NCBI GenBank assembly: GCA_045837725.1
Contig: JBEWZL010000145.1
Location: 372,001 to 436,000 of the forward strand
DNA: 64,000 nucleotides
Direction of reading: 5' to 3'
Origin: Vermamoeba vermiformis
Taxonomy: Eukaryota
Shown piece after piece: positions 45,287 through 59,269 of this stretch (positions within the stretch are counted from its first letter, which is position 1; each line of letters opens with the position of its first letter). Under the pieces are notes generated by a model, which worked only from the letters and a program-made list of their open reading frames with translations, made no database searches and was not told the DNA's origin. The translations under genes were made by a program, and so were the position numbers.

Positions 45287-48200
45287 TTATTGTGGCACGC
45301 TCACTTTGCTTACGAGTTTCTTCTTTTTAACTGGTGTGGCGGTCGTGCTCGTGCTCTGATTCTTTTGTGCCACAGTGGCACTACTTTTGCCGCCAGTGAT
45401 CTTCGTACCATTAGCGAGCATGACAGCGGATTTAAATGCTTTCTTGACGATATTCAGAGGTCCTTGTGATGGTTCCACGGGTTTGGAATCACTTGCAATC
45501 TCGATAAGTTCGGTGTCACGTGATGCGGAGCTAGGTCTCTCCTCGTCATCAGTCTTCCTATCGTACTTGTCCTTGTCGTGATGTTTGTCTTTTTCTTTAT
45601 CTCTGTCTTTGTGCTTATCGTCCTTGTCTTTATCCTTGTCGTGCCTGTCTTTGTCTTTTTCTTTGTGCTTCTCTCTATCCTTGTCTCTGTGTCTGCTCTC
45701 GTGCTTGTCTTTGTCCTTGTATTTATCTTTGTCTTTGTCTCTGCGCTTGTCTTTGTCCTTACTACTGCGATGTTTGTCTTTGTGTTTCTCTTTCTCTTTA
45801 TCTCTGCGTCTATCCTTGTCCTTATCTTTGTCTTTTTCTTTATCTCTGTGCTTATCGTCCTTATCCTTCTCTTTGTCCTTGTCACTTGATCGGTCCTTCT
45901 CTCGTCGTTGATCCAACGCGTCCTTCAACACTTTGTGTCGTTTGTGTGCTCTATCTTCAGAAGGTGATCTCGACCGACTTCTTTTTCTGTTGCTGCGTAC
46001 CTCGTTCTGAGAAGGGACAGTCGTCTGGGCCTGTGATTGTGAGCTAGTATTGGCTTCTTGGACAGTGGCCGTAGCAGCAGGTGGAGGGCACGTAGGTGGC
46101 GGCGGAGTGACTTGCGGCTCTCGTGGAGGTTCAGGCTGTGCTGGCATTGACACGACTTCAGTCTTAATAGCCACTGACACGACTTCATTCTTTATAGCCA
46201 CTGGTGCGACTTCGGCCTTAATAGCCACTGGTGCGGCTTCTTTTTTAACCACAACAGGGGTCTGTACGGTCACTGGCCTCGGCTCTACTCGAGCAGTAGT
46301 ACTCGTCTCGGGTTCAGAAGGCTTTTGGTTTTGCTTCCGCTTGGTTCTATTGCGATAGAAGCTATCGTCGTCTTCTTTAGGTTCCTCGTCTAGTTCAGTC
46401 TTTGTGGCCATTATGGACGTTGGTGCTGAGGGCACTTGTTGTACGGCCACGACAACTTGCTGCACGACTTGTTGTTGCAACACTTGCACGGGCACTGCTT
46501 GTTGAACAGGCTGAAAGGGCGGTGGCAGCAGTGCTAGTGGGGGTTGCAATGGCAGGCCGTTCATGGCAGTTGGTACCCCGTATGGAGCCGTGTAACCGGG
46601 TCTATTGTCGTACGGTTGTCGGGGATGGTAATCAGCGTGTTGTGGCTCATACGCTCTGTTGTTGTATCCCCCGACTCCGTTGTAACGTTGGCGGTACCCT
46701 CGACGATTTGAAAAATAACTTGCTTCCCGTATTGTGTCGTCATATCGGCCACGGCGGTAACTAAAGTTGCCGTTGTGATGCTGTCTGTCACGAGGAGCTT
46801 GGTCTCTGAAGTGATTATAACCGTTGTGGGCAGGAGCTGTGGAACAATTAGAACGACGCTCGGAATAATTGTTGCGTTTAAACTGACTCTCATAATGGTC
46901 TTGGTTGTTATAGTCACTTCTGTCGTAAGAATAGTGGTCCTGGTCATTATTATATTGTGCATTGTTCACTTCTTGCGAGGCTGGACCATGGTCTGTCATC
47001 AATTCGTCGTCATTAAAGTCAATCTCATTGCATGCCATAGAACCTGTCAATGACACGTGTCAATCATAGCTGACTCGCATAATTACCTTGCAGTTGTATA
47101 CTCACCGTGCTGTTGATAGTCATCAAAGTTCAGCGCCAAGTTTGGTGCTAGCCTCTCGCTTATGAAGTTATCCTCGTTATTGCCAATTGCTGCAGTGACG
47201 TTCTCAGTTTTAGAGCTGAGTACCGCGGATGGCGCACTGTCAACAAGATTTTGAGACGTGTTTGTGGTACTGGCGACCGTCTCCTCTTTAGGCCTTATAA
47301 CTGATTGGTCAACGACTTTAGTGTCAGTGTTGGTCGTAGTAGCAGGTGCACCATCAAGGCTCGGAGCAGATGCAGCATTGTTGTTATCGTTGTTGACACT
47401 ACTGTCGCCAGCAGCTTGATCCGATAGCGGTGGCGCGGATTGACTTGCTGGCTCAACGACGGCAGTTTTCTTCTTGAAGCTCACCTTGTTCAACTTCTGC
47501 GCGTCAATGACATTGCTCTGAATGACGTTCTGACTGCTGTCATTGACAATCAACTTTGCCGCTGTTGTTGTCTTTTTCTCGTTGTTTGTGTTCGCTTGAC
47601 TCTGCTGCGCACGACTCGAGGTTATTTTGGCACTGAGAGCCGTTCGCTTTTCTTTTCCTTTGCGCCCTGCCAGAGTCCTTCGTTTCGGTGCAGCATCATT
47701 TGCAGGACTATTATCACCACCCTCGGCAGCTTTAGCCTCACCAGGTTGCTCCACGGAGGCAGGACCTTCGCTCTGTGGCGCTTGTTGCGTTATTTTAATC
47801 TTGCTCAAGATTTGAGCCTTGGCACTACTGACTGGTTCAGCATTAGATGACGGCTTCAGTTCTTTGATCTTCGTCTTGTTCGAGGGAGGCTTTTCGATTG
47901 CAGGTGCAACGAGGAACTTTGCTGCGGCCACCGGTGTCTTCTTCACTGCAGGAGTTAGCTGTTGTGGCTTTGTAGGAGTTTTAAGCGCAGTCGTCGAGTC
48001 AACGGAGGGCTTTGTTATTGCCGGTTGGGCAGGTGCTGGCTCTACGGGCTGTGGCTGTGGTTGTTTTTGAACAGGTGTAGGCTCGACAGGAGACGGCTGG
48101 TTCGGGCGCCGTTTAGCTCTTGCAGGCTTGGCGGGTAGCGTCGGCTTTGGAACTGGCTTTTGAGTCTCAGTATCGAGCAGCGGCTTGGGCAGGATTGGCG

Positions 48201-49831
48201 TTTTCTTCGCTGATGGAAAGGGTGGTTGTGGCTTTGAGGGTGGCTTTAAAGCTGACGTTGAATCAACAGCAATTTCTTTAGCTGATGTAGACTCCATGGA
48301 AGGCGTGGGATCTGTTGGCACTTCGTTGTTGATCGAGACATTGTTGACCGATAATGTTGGCGGGTCTGTCGCGCCTTCAATCGGCATTACTTTCTCCGCA
48401 TCGTCGTCCATGAAAGGAATATCTGTCAGCGTGAACTGTGGCGCGGGGCCATTCGCTTCACGTTTGTTTTTTCCATCGCTCACGCGGGGTTCGTCATTGA
48501 CCTTGCTCTGAATGTAATTGATATCCATGTCATCGATGAAATTGTGTTCAATGCAGGTGTCTTCTCCTACAACTACTTCGTCTTCAGACAAGCCCTCGTC
48601 GTGATCGTGATCTCCAGGCTTGTCGGCGAACTGATCCACTGGCAAGTGGACTTCCGTGGCCTTGATGATCTTCGTTGGAGTTGAAACGAAGCTGCGTCGA
48701 TCCATGTGACAGCCGTCATTTATAACTGTCACCGTGGATGCGGTCTCTTGTTCCTTCTGCTCTATTTCAGGGTCTTCATAAGTAAGTTCGATGAAATCAT
48801 CTGGCAATTCCTTCGGTGCCCTTCTCTTTCGCAAATTATACTTTGGTTCACTTGATTCCTCGACAACTTCATCCGCCAGATCGATCAAATGCGTTTCTTC
48901 GTCGTTCGTGTTGTTATTATTGTTGTTAGTGTGATGGTGCCGAGTGTACCTAGTTCGCACGGGCCCAATATCTTCTCTCACCTCAATAGACCGTGGCTTC
49001 CTTCGCTTGGTCTTGCGATGGGAAGTCTGAGTATTATTGCGATGGTGCCGTCGTTCTCTGTGACTGTGACGCGTCATTTCTGCGAGACTTTGTTCGAGCT
49101 GCTCGAGGTTATCTATCGGGGCTACATCCATTGCTGCTGAATAGACCTCGTCATCTATAATCCATTCGTCGAGCTCTTCCATCTCTATATCAAGTTGGAA
49201 TTGTTCGAACTCTGCAAAGCTAAGTAAAGACTAGAATTAATATGGAAAACAGATGCGATCCCGCGAGAAGAAATTTGCTTAGATATGCTTGGAATTTTAT
49301 TACAGTACTTACGTCATCTCGGGCGGCCTTTGTTTTTTATGAGCAATTCTTTTAGTTGTCGCTTGGACTTCTTTTGGATTTGAATCCTCGCCTTGAATCC
49401 GCACCTTCAAAATCAATTAAAACTCGTGCGTTTATTAAATAATATTATTTTACCATTTTTTTAAGCACAGTGAATTTAGTCTTGCATAAGGGGCATGAGT
49501 TTTCTTGCTAAATATGCAAAGAATTAATTATTCTGACAGACAAGTTCTCTTTGCAGAAAAAAAGCAAATCAATTATCGAACGTACTTTAGTATAAATTAA
49601 TTAAATATTGACGATCCGCTCGAAGAATTGAGTTTAGAATCGTTATTGAATTTTCTTTAGTCTACATTTTTTCTAAGGCCTATTAATTACCTCAGCCCAC
49701 GTTAATACGCAGTCAAAGCAAAATACGTGCTGACAAGAATTAATAATCGCTTTCTCGTAATATTTTTCGGTGCAGATGGGACACTCTTCGGCAAACTGTA
49801 AGATTTGCTTGCCATCCAAAGTGCCCTCCAT
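45287..49831 (-). CDS. N-terminal RING (C3HC4) protein with long disordered, RS-like and KD-rich regions
   Basis: CPICTE...SCQHVFCFDCVLTWAE / QENSCPLCK; two long exons; RSRSRSPS and (DK)n tracts. Confidence 0.85.
45560..45900 (-). repeat. Coding low-complexity repeat (Asp-Lys/His/Arg)
   Basis: GACAAA/GATAAG hexamer-like repeats encoding DKDKDKH. Confidence 0.8.
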
Positions 49832-50134
49832 ATTCAAATGATTAATATTCTCGCTGTGAGGTAACGCTGATTTTTTGTTGAGCATTTACTACGGATCTGA
49901 TTGCATCTTCTTTGCGGTTTGGGTCATGACTCGCTGTAAGAGCTGTAAAGCCGGTGAAGATACAATAGACTTAATAATACTAATATTATGACCTTTGTGG
50001 TGTCAAGATTGACGTCTTTCAAGCAGGATAAAATATTGCGATTGTTTTGCTAGGCCACAAATTTTTATCTCCCACGAGACATGAACACGCCTCAAGATCT
50101 GTATCATTAATAACCATATTTTTGTATATAATAG

Positions 50135-53100
50135 ATGGATGTTAAAGGAGGTTTAATTGTAGAAAGTAAGTAGGAATCTTGGTTGAATAGACGAATTGAA
50201 TTTTTCGGATGAATAGTATTTTGGAATTACAATATTAATTATGACGCAGTATTGGAGGCAAAAGTACATCCAGGGAGTGGCAAAGACTCCACAGATCCTT
50301 TTTGTACTGTAACAGTTGGATCGAAAAAGAAGAAGACCAAAATAATTCGCAATACACTAAATCCAGTTTGGACCAAAGAACTCTTCGAATTGTATGTAAA
50401 TTCTAATTAATTTTAATATTTTTTGTTGTCATATGGCAATAGAAGCGTGATTCTAAAGTTTCGTTAACTTCTAACTTTTTGTTGTTTTTAAAGTGAGGTG
50501 GATTTGACTGATTTACCTGAATTTGTCGTGCATTTAGCTGATTGGAGCTTATTGGGCAGTCAAGAACTAGGTTATATTAAAATTAAGTCAGAATCAGCCA
50601 AAATAGAAGGACCAGCTATAGATTCGTGGATCTTGCTCGAAACAACAAAAGAAAAAGGAGGAAGGTCAGAATTAAGACTTAGATATAAAGTATCAAAGAC
50701 TCCGCCTCCTAAAAAGAAGAAGAGGTTTGGTTCAAAAAGTTCATCTCATCCTTCAACACCAGATTCGAAACGACCAGCCAAACCGGTCCCAAAGACGTTA
50801 TTTCAGTGCGTAGAAGCACGTGATATGGAAGGTAAGCAATTCTACAATTACTCAGTTTTTTATCAAAAGTCGGAGATAAAATTTTGTGTTCGATTTTCGT
50901 TTTGGATGTGTTTACCGATCGGCACCACCCGTTGACTTAAAAATAGAATCAAGCGATATTAATATTAAAATATACTAGGTTTTACCAACATCTTGACCCA
51001 CGTTACCGCAGACGAAATTAATCAAGCAGATCCTCGGCTCGGCAATACAGTATTGCATGAAGCGAGCTTAAATTGCAAAAATGAAGTTGTGGCTCGTATG
51101 GTGATCAAATTATTAGAGGTAATCAGATTAATCTTATCTTTACACGTTTATCCGCATTATCAACGTCATCGTAATTTCTAAATATGGAAAGTTAAATTTT
51201 AATGGCGAGCGTCCGAGATTTTGAGCGAGGCAAACCTAAAAATTAATGGCCCTATCATTTTGTATTGCGCAACGCGAATTGTGTTACACAATCCTTGCCG
51301 GACAAACCAAGTCCTATTATATACTTTGCATCATCTAGTTTATCCGCGAGGGTCGACGAATCCAGTTCTTTTGGATCATCTAGATCTGGCCCCTCTTCTG
51401 ACACAGTTTATTGACTTGATTTGTTACGCAGCACCCTGCCACCGACGCGACCATCGCGAACACAGACGGCAACACAGCTTTTCATTTCTTTTGTCGGCAT
51501 TGGTCCTCGCCCAACACCTTAGATCGATCCTTCGAGCTGTTCATGAAAAAAGGCGTCAACATCAACGCGGTCAATGCCAACGGCGAGACACCGCTGTTCA
51601 AGGCTATTGAAAACAAAGACACACGTGGCCTCCTACTGCAAGAACTGTTCAGTCGGGGAGCGGATCCGAACATCGCTAATAGCCGTGGCGACTATATCTT
51701 GCATTACGTGTCAAGATTGGCTGATAGGTAATTACTTAATTATAATTTATTGAGTTTACGAATTGCGGAAAAACTAATGGTTTGAATCTGATCAGAGAGG
51801 ATTTGGTCAACTTGATTTTGAAGGCCTCGCCGAAACTTGACAATAAGGGTGTCGAAGGCAAGACTCCGAAGGAGCTAGCAGCAATGTATAATAATCCTAA
51901 AACGCTGCAGAAGCTCCAAAAAGCGGAAGGTAAGTGTCGCATCTCGATCTGTCGTTGGTACAAATTATGTATTAACGAAAATTAATTTGATCCGTTATTC
52001 TATTGAAGTCATCAAGTACGAAAAGTTACGAATCTTTTCGTAATCTCGGACCAAAGATATTTATCTCAGATAAGAAAGAATTTCTTTCCATTTTTAGTTA
52101 ATCATCTACGGAAAATCTCATACCGCGCTTCCGATTAATTAAGCGATTACTTAATGACCTTTATTTTGCAGAGCTCTTCCAATGGCTCGAGAAGCACAAT
52201 CTCAGCGAGTACAAGCGCGCGTTCATCCAGCGCAACATTGAGCTGGCCGATCTGGTCAAGCTGCAAGAGTCCACGCTATTGGACAGCATGGAAATCACTA
52301 ACGACGCACGGCGGACAATTCTCGATGCCTGCCGTGACTTGGAGAAGACAATAGTGCGCAAAAAGACACGTAAGTTTCACCTCCTTGGTACACTTTAGAT
52401 CAGATCTTAGGAATTTCTCAATTCACTTTTCTTACCCTTATTATGGTCATATTATAACTAGTCGGTTCATGAATTTGTTTCTTTTGATTTTCAAGAGTTC
52501 CTAAGTGAAATTTATGTATCCCCATATGATGAACCCTATGTAACCCAATATCGTGCTCTTTTGCACTGAATTTACACAGGCTCTGCTCGCCCTCTTTCGC
52601 CACATAAAACAGTCGAACATTTGCGTGTTTCAAGTGATACTCCTCGTACAAGATCCGACAGCATCACGAGTGCCACGAGCTCGCAGTCCAATTCGAGCTC
52701 ATCGTCGCTGAAACTCCGAGAAGATTTCACGATTGGCGATCAAATCAACGTAGGCGAGATTGAGTACGTTGAAAAGCTCGGCATTGGAGCGTCAGGCGAA
52801 GTGTTCAAAGGCATCTACAAGGGCAAGTTTGTGGCGTGCAAGTTCCTCAAGGCCAAAGAGAAGGAGTTCGAAGAGTTCCAAAAAGAATACAAGATCATGT
52901 CTGCGATCCGCGATACTTGTGTCGTGCAGTTCTTGGGCGTAGCAATGGGCACGGATGACAAGCTGTGCATGGTCATGGAGTTCTGCGAGCGCGGCAGTCT
53001 GTTCAACGTGCTGAGGGTAAGCTTATCGGCATCATTGGCTTTGCAACAATTCGTGTTGTTCCGACACGTAATTTACACATAATTTTAGGACGACGCCAAC

Positions 53101-53754
53101 TTCAATTGCACGTGGGAACGAGTTTTTTCATTTGCTTTGCAAGCTGCTCGTGGTCTCGCAACATTGCACAACAACAAACCTCAGATCTTGCACCGAGATC
53201 TCAAGTCACTTAATTTGCTCGTTACACAGAACTGGCAGATTAAGCTAGCCGACTTTGGCTTATCTAGATTCGATACAGCTGAGAATTTGGATACCATGAA
53301 GCAGATGCGAGGTACGTGATCCCCCTACAAAAATTTACAATTTTCCAAATTTAGAAAATAACGGAACAACTTTGTAGGCACATTGGCGTATTGCTGCCCA
53401 GAGGTCTACTACGGCATTAAATACACGAACAAGTCTGACATCTACTCGTTGGGCATCATCTTGTGGGAGATGGCCAATCGGTGTCTCAAGAACAAATATG
53501 AGCAGCCGTACTCGGAGTACAGGCACTTGACTTTCGACTTCCAGATCATTATTAAAGCCGCCAAAGAAGATTTGAGACCGACAATGCCGCCAGACTGCCC
53601 TCCGGAGTTTTTGAAAATTATTCTTGCCTGCATCCACAAGGACGCTGCCGCAAGACCCGAAGTCAACGAAGTGATCCAAATGCTCACTGAATGCCAAGAA
53701 ATATTCCGCGCTAACCAAGAGGCGTGGGAGAATCTTCGGGCGAAGCGAGCCTAA
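50135..53754 (+). CDS. C2, ankyrin and SAM domain TKL-group protein kinase
   Basis: LIVEILEAK...TDPFC...TLNPVW (C2); GNTVLH and GETPLF (ankyrin); ELFQWLEKHNLSEYKRAF (SAM); GIGASG, HRDLKSLN, DFG and GTLAYCCPE. Confidence 0.92.
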
Positions 53755-54280
53755 GCTAAGTCAATTTTTGGATTGGCTGGCGAAAGATCCGGATCTGGAG
53801 CTCTTCGTCGTTTTCATCTTCGAGACCAATATTTTGATCTTAACGGAGGTACTGCGAGTTAGTATTAATTCACTGCTCATGGACCGACGTTACGGAATTG
53901 GGCTCGAAGATTTTTGAATTTTTGTTGGCTTGGCGAGGCTAAGTTTTTGTTTGATTTTTGTGCTATAGTATCTCAATATGACCACCTTGTATATTAATAC
54001 CCCATTGTACTACCGCTAGGTAAAATAAAGGACTTTGGACCTTCAGATCTGCTCTCCCCCCGTCGCAAGCAAGGAAGAATTATTTTCTCTAATTAGTGCG
54101 AGTACTAAGAAATAGGTTTGTGATTTTGTGCGATAGTAGTAATAATTAAGAGCTTAGCTATTCGTAGAAATTCACGCGTAAAAGTACAAGAACAAAATAT
54201 TTAGCTGCTGGTAGCATTTTGATTAATATTAATATCCGTAACCACACGTATAAAAAGAGCATAAGTGGTTAGTACCAGTA

Positions 54281-56967
54281 ATGGAAGGCCAGACAACGGC
54301 AGATTTTGATCTTCGAAGTGGATCGACAGAGATTCAGCTCCCAGTAAGTTCCGTAATCTTTTTAAATATGATTTTATTAAATTAATATCGTATAGATAAA
54401 GGAAGAAACGGTCAAGAAGGCAGAGGTCTCTCAAGGTAACAGATTCGGCCAACATTTAAAATTGTAAATTTGATACGCAGTTTGCAAGCTATAAATTAGT
54501 AATCCTACAACATAATTAGGCGAGAATAAAGAAGAGAAATCTTTGGTATCCCAAAGCGCGGGTGATAAAATCAAAGAAAAAAATGACACGGCAAACGTCA
54601 AAAAGAAAAAGAATGCGCCAAAGAAGAAGAAAAAGCTCGAAGGACTGCCCAAATTAGTCGATGCGAATGAAGCAGACGGACCGCGAGCATCTGAATGCAC
54701 GTTGATTTTGACCGAAGGCGATTCTGCCATGGCCCTTGCAGTTTCTGGCTTGTCCGTTATGGACCAGCGAGATCTGTACGGCGTTTATCCATTAAGGCAC
54801 GTTATCTGACATACATAATACAAATTTGCGAAATATATATGGTTATTAACAATGTCTTTAGGGGTAAGCCGTTGAATGTTCGGGATGCGGCAATAGCAAT
54901 GGTGCAAAAGAACGAGGAGCTAATGGCTATCGTGAAGATTATGGGCTTGAAGTTCGGCACGGTCTATGAAGACGTCAGCAGTCTTAGATACGGCCATCTA
55001 ATGATCATGGCCGACCAAGACTACGACGGATCTCATATCAAAGGCCTCATAATCAACTTCATTCACTTCTTCTGGCCCTCATTGCTCAAAATTCCCGGAT
55101 TTTTACTGGAATTTATCACGCCGATCGTGCGCGCTAAAAAAGACAAAGAAGTGATCTCGTTCTACAGCACGAATGAGTACAATGCTTGGAAAGAGAAGAA
55201 TGACACGACAGGCTGGACATTCAAGTATTACAAAGGCCTTGGCACCTCGTCAGCGGTAGAAGCAAAGCAGTACTTCTCCGCACTCGACAAGCACCGAAAA
55301 GAATTCGTTTATGAAGGGGCTGCCGACGACTATGCAATCGACTTGGCGTTCTCAAAAAACAAAGCCGATGAACGTAGGCGATGGCTGTCAGAGTACCAGC
55401 AAGGCACTGGTCTGGACGAATCACTCGCGAAGATTCCTTTCTCGGAATTTATCAACAAAGAACTGATCCAATTCTCACTTGCTGACTGCAAACGATGCAT
55501 TCCGAGCATTATGGATGGACTGAAACCTGGTCAACGAAAAGTCTTGTACGCGTGTTTCAAGCGCCGTTTGACCAACAGCATACGAGTGGCTCAGTTCAGT
55601 GGCTATGTCTCAGAAACAGCGTTGTATCACCACGGTGAATGCAGCCTGCAAGCAACAATCGTAGGAATGGCGCAGAACTACGTGGGCTCTAACAACATCA
55701 ATTTGCTTGAGCCTGAAGGACAGTTCGGCACGCGATTGCACGGCGGCAGTGACGCAGCTAGCCCGCGCTACATTTACACCAAGTTGTCGCCGTTGACACG
55801 TGCGTTGTTTCACCCTGCTGATGACACTTTGGTCAAGCACATCAATGAAGAAGGCCTCAGTATTGAGCCAGAATGGTACATCCCGATCATTCCGATGTCT
55901 CTGGTCAACGGCACTGAGGGCATTGGTACTGGCTGGTGCACGAGCATTCCGAGCTTCAATCCACGTGACATTGTCGAGAACATTCGCCGCATGATGAAGA
56001 AAGAGCCGTTACAGCAAATGACACCGTGGTATCGTGGCTTCAAAGGCACCATTCGATGGAGTCCTGCAAAAAATTCGTTTGTTTCACAAGCTGTTTGGCG
56101 TCGTGTTGACGATGAGACACTGCACATCAGCGAGTTAGTTGTGCGTTATTGGACTAGTTCGTTCAGAGAACACTTGGGCAAAGTCATTCCAAACTCTGTT
56201 GTTAAAGTCACGGTACGTAGCTGCAATGAATTAATATTGACAGTTAATTAACAACGTCATCAGAGCTTCGAAGACAACAGCACCGACACGGCAGTTAATT
56301 TCACAGTCAAAATTCCTGGTTTGAAAGACATTCCCGACGAACAAATCGTCAAAGATCTACGACTCGAAGCCAAGATTAGCACCTCAAATATGCATTTGTA
56401 CGACCCTGAAGGCAAAATCAAGAAGTACAATACGCCTGAGAGTATTATTGAAGAGTTTTATCCCGTTCGATTGAAGTTCTACGAGAAACGTAAAGACTCG
56501 ATCGTTGTAGATCAAACGCTCAAATTGAAACGACTGGAGAATAAGCTCAGATTCATTGAGCTAGTGGGCGATGGCAAGTTAAGAGTATTTAGAAGAAATA
56601 GAGCAGATGTTATCAGCGACATGGCTCAACTCGGACTGGATGCGATGACCGAGGAAAATGGATCCGACAGGCCAACTCCTTCCTACGACTACTTGCTTTC
56701 AATGCATATCAATAGCTTGACTATAGAAGATATTGAAGTATTGCAAGCCGAGTTTACAGAACGAAAAGCAGCACTCGAGAATGTTCGTCAAAGGACGCCG
56801 GAGCAGTTTTGGGAGGAAGATCTGAATTCATTCCTCGAAGCTTTGGAGGTAAGCGTGATAGCTACAGTAATGTTATTAAATCAAATGGCTTACCAATGGA
56901 TTAGGAATACGAGCGAGATCTCGATAAGCCCAAAACCAAGAAGAAAAAGGAAATTCTGGTTTTCTAA
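54281..56967 (+). CDS. Type IIA topoisomerase cleavage core (TOPRIM-WHD-tower-C gate) lacking the ATPase domain
   Basis: LILTEGDSA, PLRGK, MADQDYDGSHIKGL, YYKGLGTS, DGLKPGQRK, YHHGE and AASPRY. Six exons. Only about 70 low-complexity residues precede LPKLVDAN. Confidence 0.9.
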
Positions 56968-57107
56968 GCTGTGGTGGAGGTAGAGGATGCCATAACTCGA
57001 ATAAATTCCCGTAATTTATAACAAATCATTGCGCTATTTTTGGATCGGCTGTTTTTTTTTGATTGTTCGTGCAGTCTATTAATACTTCAAAATTTGATCG
57101 ATTAACT

Positions 57108-59140
57108 ATGGAAGATAATATTTCAGTTGGCACGACTCCCTTACCATTGCAAATCAAGGACACTTTAAGCGTTATCTTTGGTCAGATGCCGTTAAAGACC
57201 ATCGGTCTATGCGCACGCGTATCAAAGCGATGGAAAGAGGTCGTAAGTAATTAATATCATTGGCATTTGATTATTACTAGTCATGAGCACAGTATTTTAG
57301 AGTTTTTTTGGATCGTGAATTTTATTAACGACAAAACCTCATTTACTTACCAAGCATCATTTTAATTAGACGGATAATTTTCTATTGCTCGAAGAACTCA
57401 ATTTAGAGCCAAAGAACTGGATGCCTGCCTATGAATATGCCTCGATGGCGATTAAAAAATTCCAGCACGCCAATAAAATCAAATTACCGAAGCGCTGCGA
57501 TTTAACTCCCGAGGAGCGAAATTTCTTTCAAGAACATTATCCGAAGGGAGTTAAAAATATTACTGCCCTTTCCTTCCCACCTACAATGTATTACGCGGCC
57601 AGAGACGAAAAGCGACGAGGTAATCGAGATATAGATTATATTTATAGCGTATTAATACAAATAATTGGGTTTTTATAGAGGAACTTGCGAGTTTAATTTT
57701 GGATCCGTTGCCAAAAAGTTGCGACCATTTTGATTTCGTCAGTTTTTGGCCTGAAATATTCAACCATATGAACAAAAATCATTCTGAGAAATTAAAGGTA
57801 ATCAAAATAAGCTAGCATTATATCCTAATGAAATTTTAATTTTGGATCCGCAGAGTTTGCATATTTTGCTGAATACGCCAGGCCATATATCAGGATCATG
57901 GGACTCATTTATAAACTTAATTAAGAACAGTACTCGATTGGAATCATTAGGATTGCATTACTACGAATCAACAACATTTTACCACGGCACGCCAAATTTC
58001 AACGTGATGACCGATAATTTGGTTCAAGTCCTGAACTCCGCACCGCAATTACAGCACTTAAATATACCATTTAACTTCAACGTTGACACCGTCGTACAAC
58101 AGATGGGATCGATGCCTCATTTGACGTATTTGTATGTTCAAGAACGAATGACGAACTCGCGTCCCAACACGCTTTTGGAAAAATGCAAAAAATTACGTCT
58201 GTTACATTTGCAACTGAATAATTCCAACGAGCAATACGCAATTTCATCGACGAGCTTGCAGACGTTATTAATTGATGCTACGGCAAATCTGAAAAGCATC
58301 ACCATCGAATGTCCAAATTTGGAAGTGTTGAAATTTACCGGCGGAGTAAATCGAAGTATTAACGAAGTGTTTTTGGCCGGCGCACATAAATTAGAAGAAT
58401 TCACGAGCAAAGTGCCAATCACCGTTGGTCTTTATGGAAATTTCGAATCGGTGAAAGTGGCCAATCAAAACACTTTAATGCCAGCCAACCACGCGCAGCT
58501 CGGATTCATGTCAAATTTGCAACAATTAACGCTTGAATGTGAGGCACCAAAGACTCAAATGATTTATGACTCCATGGAGACATTAACGCAATTAACCAAT
58601 TTAAGAAATTTGGAACTGGTCAAGGTCAAAAGATTTGCAATGTTTAGCGCAATCTCGCAACTTACCAAATTAGTACTACGAGAGTGCGAGACTCACAGCA
58701 AAGAAATTCAATTCATGAATTTGCCAAACTTGCGAGATCTGCAGATGAGACACAGCGCCGAGATTAGTACTGTCAAAATAAGCGGATGCCAGCAACTTAC
58801 CAACTTAGTATTGTTTGATAACGCTCATCTCCGTACTTTGGAGATTAAGGACTCGCCTAATATAGAGGATATTGATATTAGAAATTGCTCGTTGAATTTA
58901 TCGTCGTGGAGACAGATCGAAAAATTGACGAAAGTGAAGGAAATATTGGCGCTAGTTATTCCGATGAGTTCTTACCTTAAAATCACCGGTCAGTGGCCTA
59001 CCATTACCATTTTAGGCAAAAAGATGATGGATCGAGTCTATACAGGCGGAATTAATATGCTTGGGACTCCAGTCGATTGGATCACTAAAGAAGAATACGA
59101 CGAGTGTGGACCTGGTGTGAGAACGAGGAAAGTATATTAG
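57108..59140 (+). CDS. F-box/leucine-rich repeat protein
   Basis: KDTLSVIFGQMPLKTIGLCARVSKRWKE (F-box) followed by LRRs. Confidence 0.85.
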
Positions 59141-59269
59141 TACTCGAAATAATTTTTGTTGGATGTGTAACGTGTCTCGTAAATAAATTTCAGATCTCCA
59201 ATCCGTTCGCCTGTTGTTGATCGACGCTTATCCACATTATTACTGATGCGTTAAGAGATAAAACGTTGA

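Noticed and set aside
45375-48511. Plus-strand ORFs such as the SLSLSL-rich frame
   Set aside because: Antisense shadows of low-complexity exons of the RING gene.
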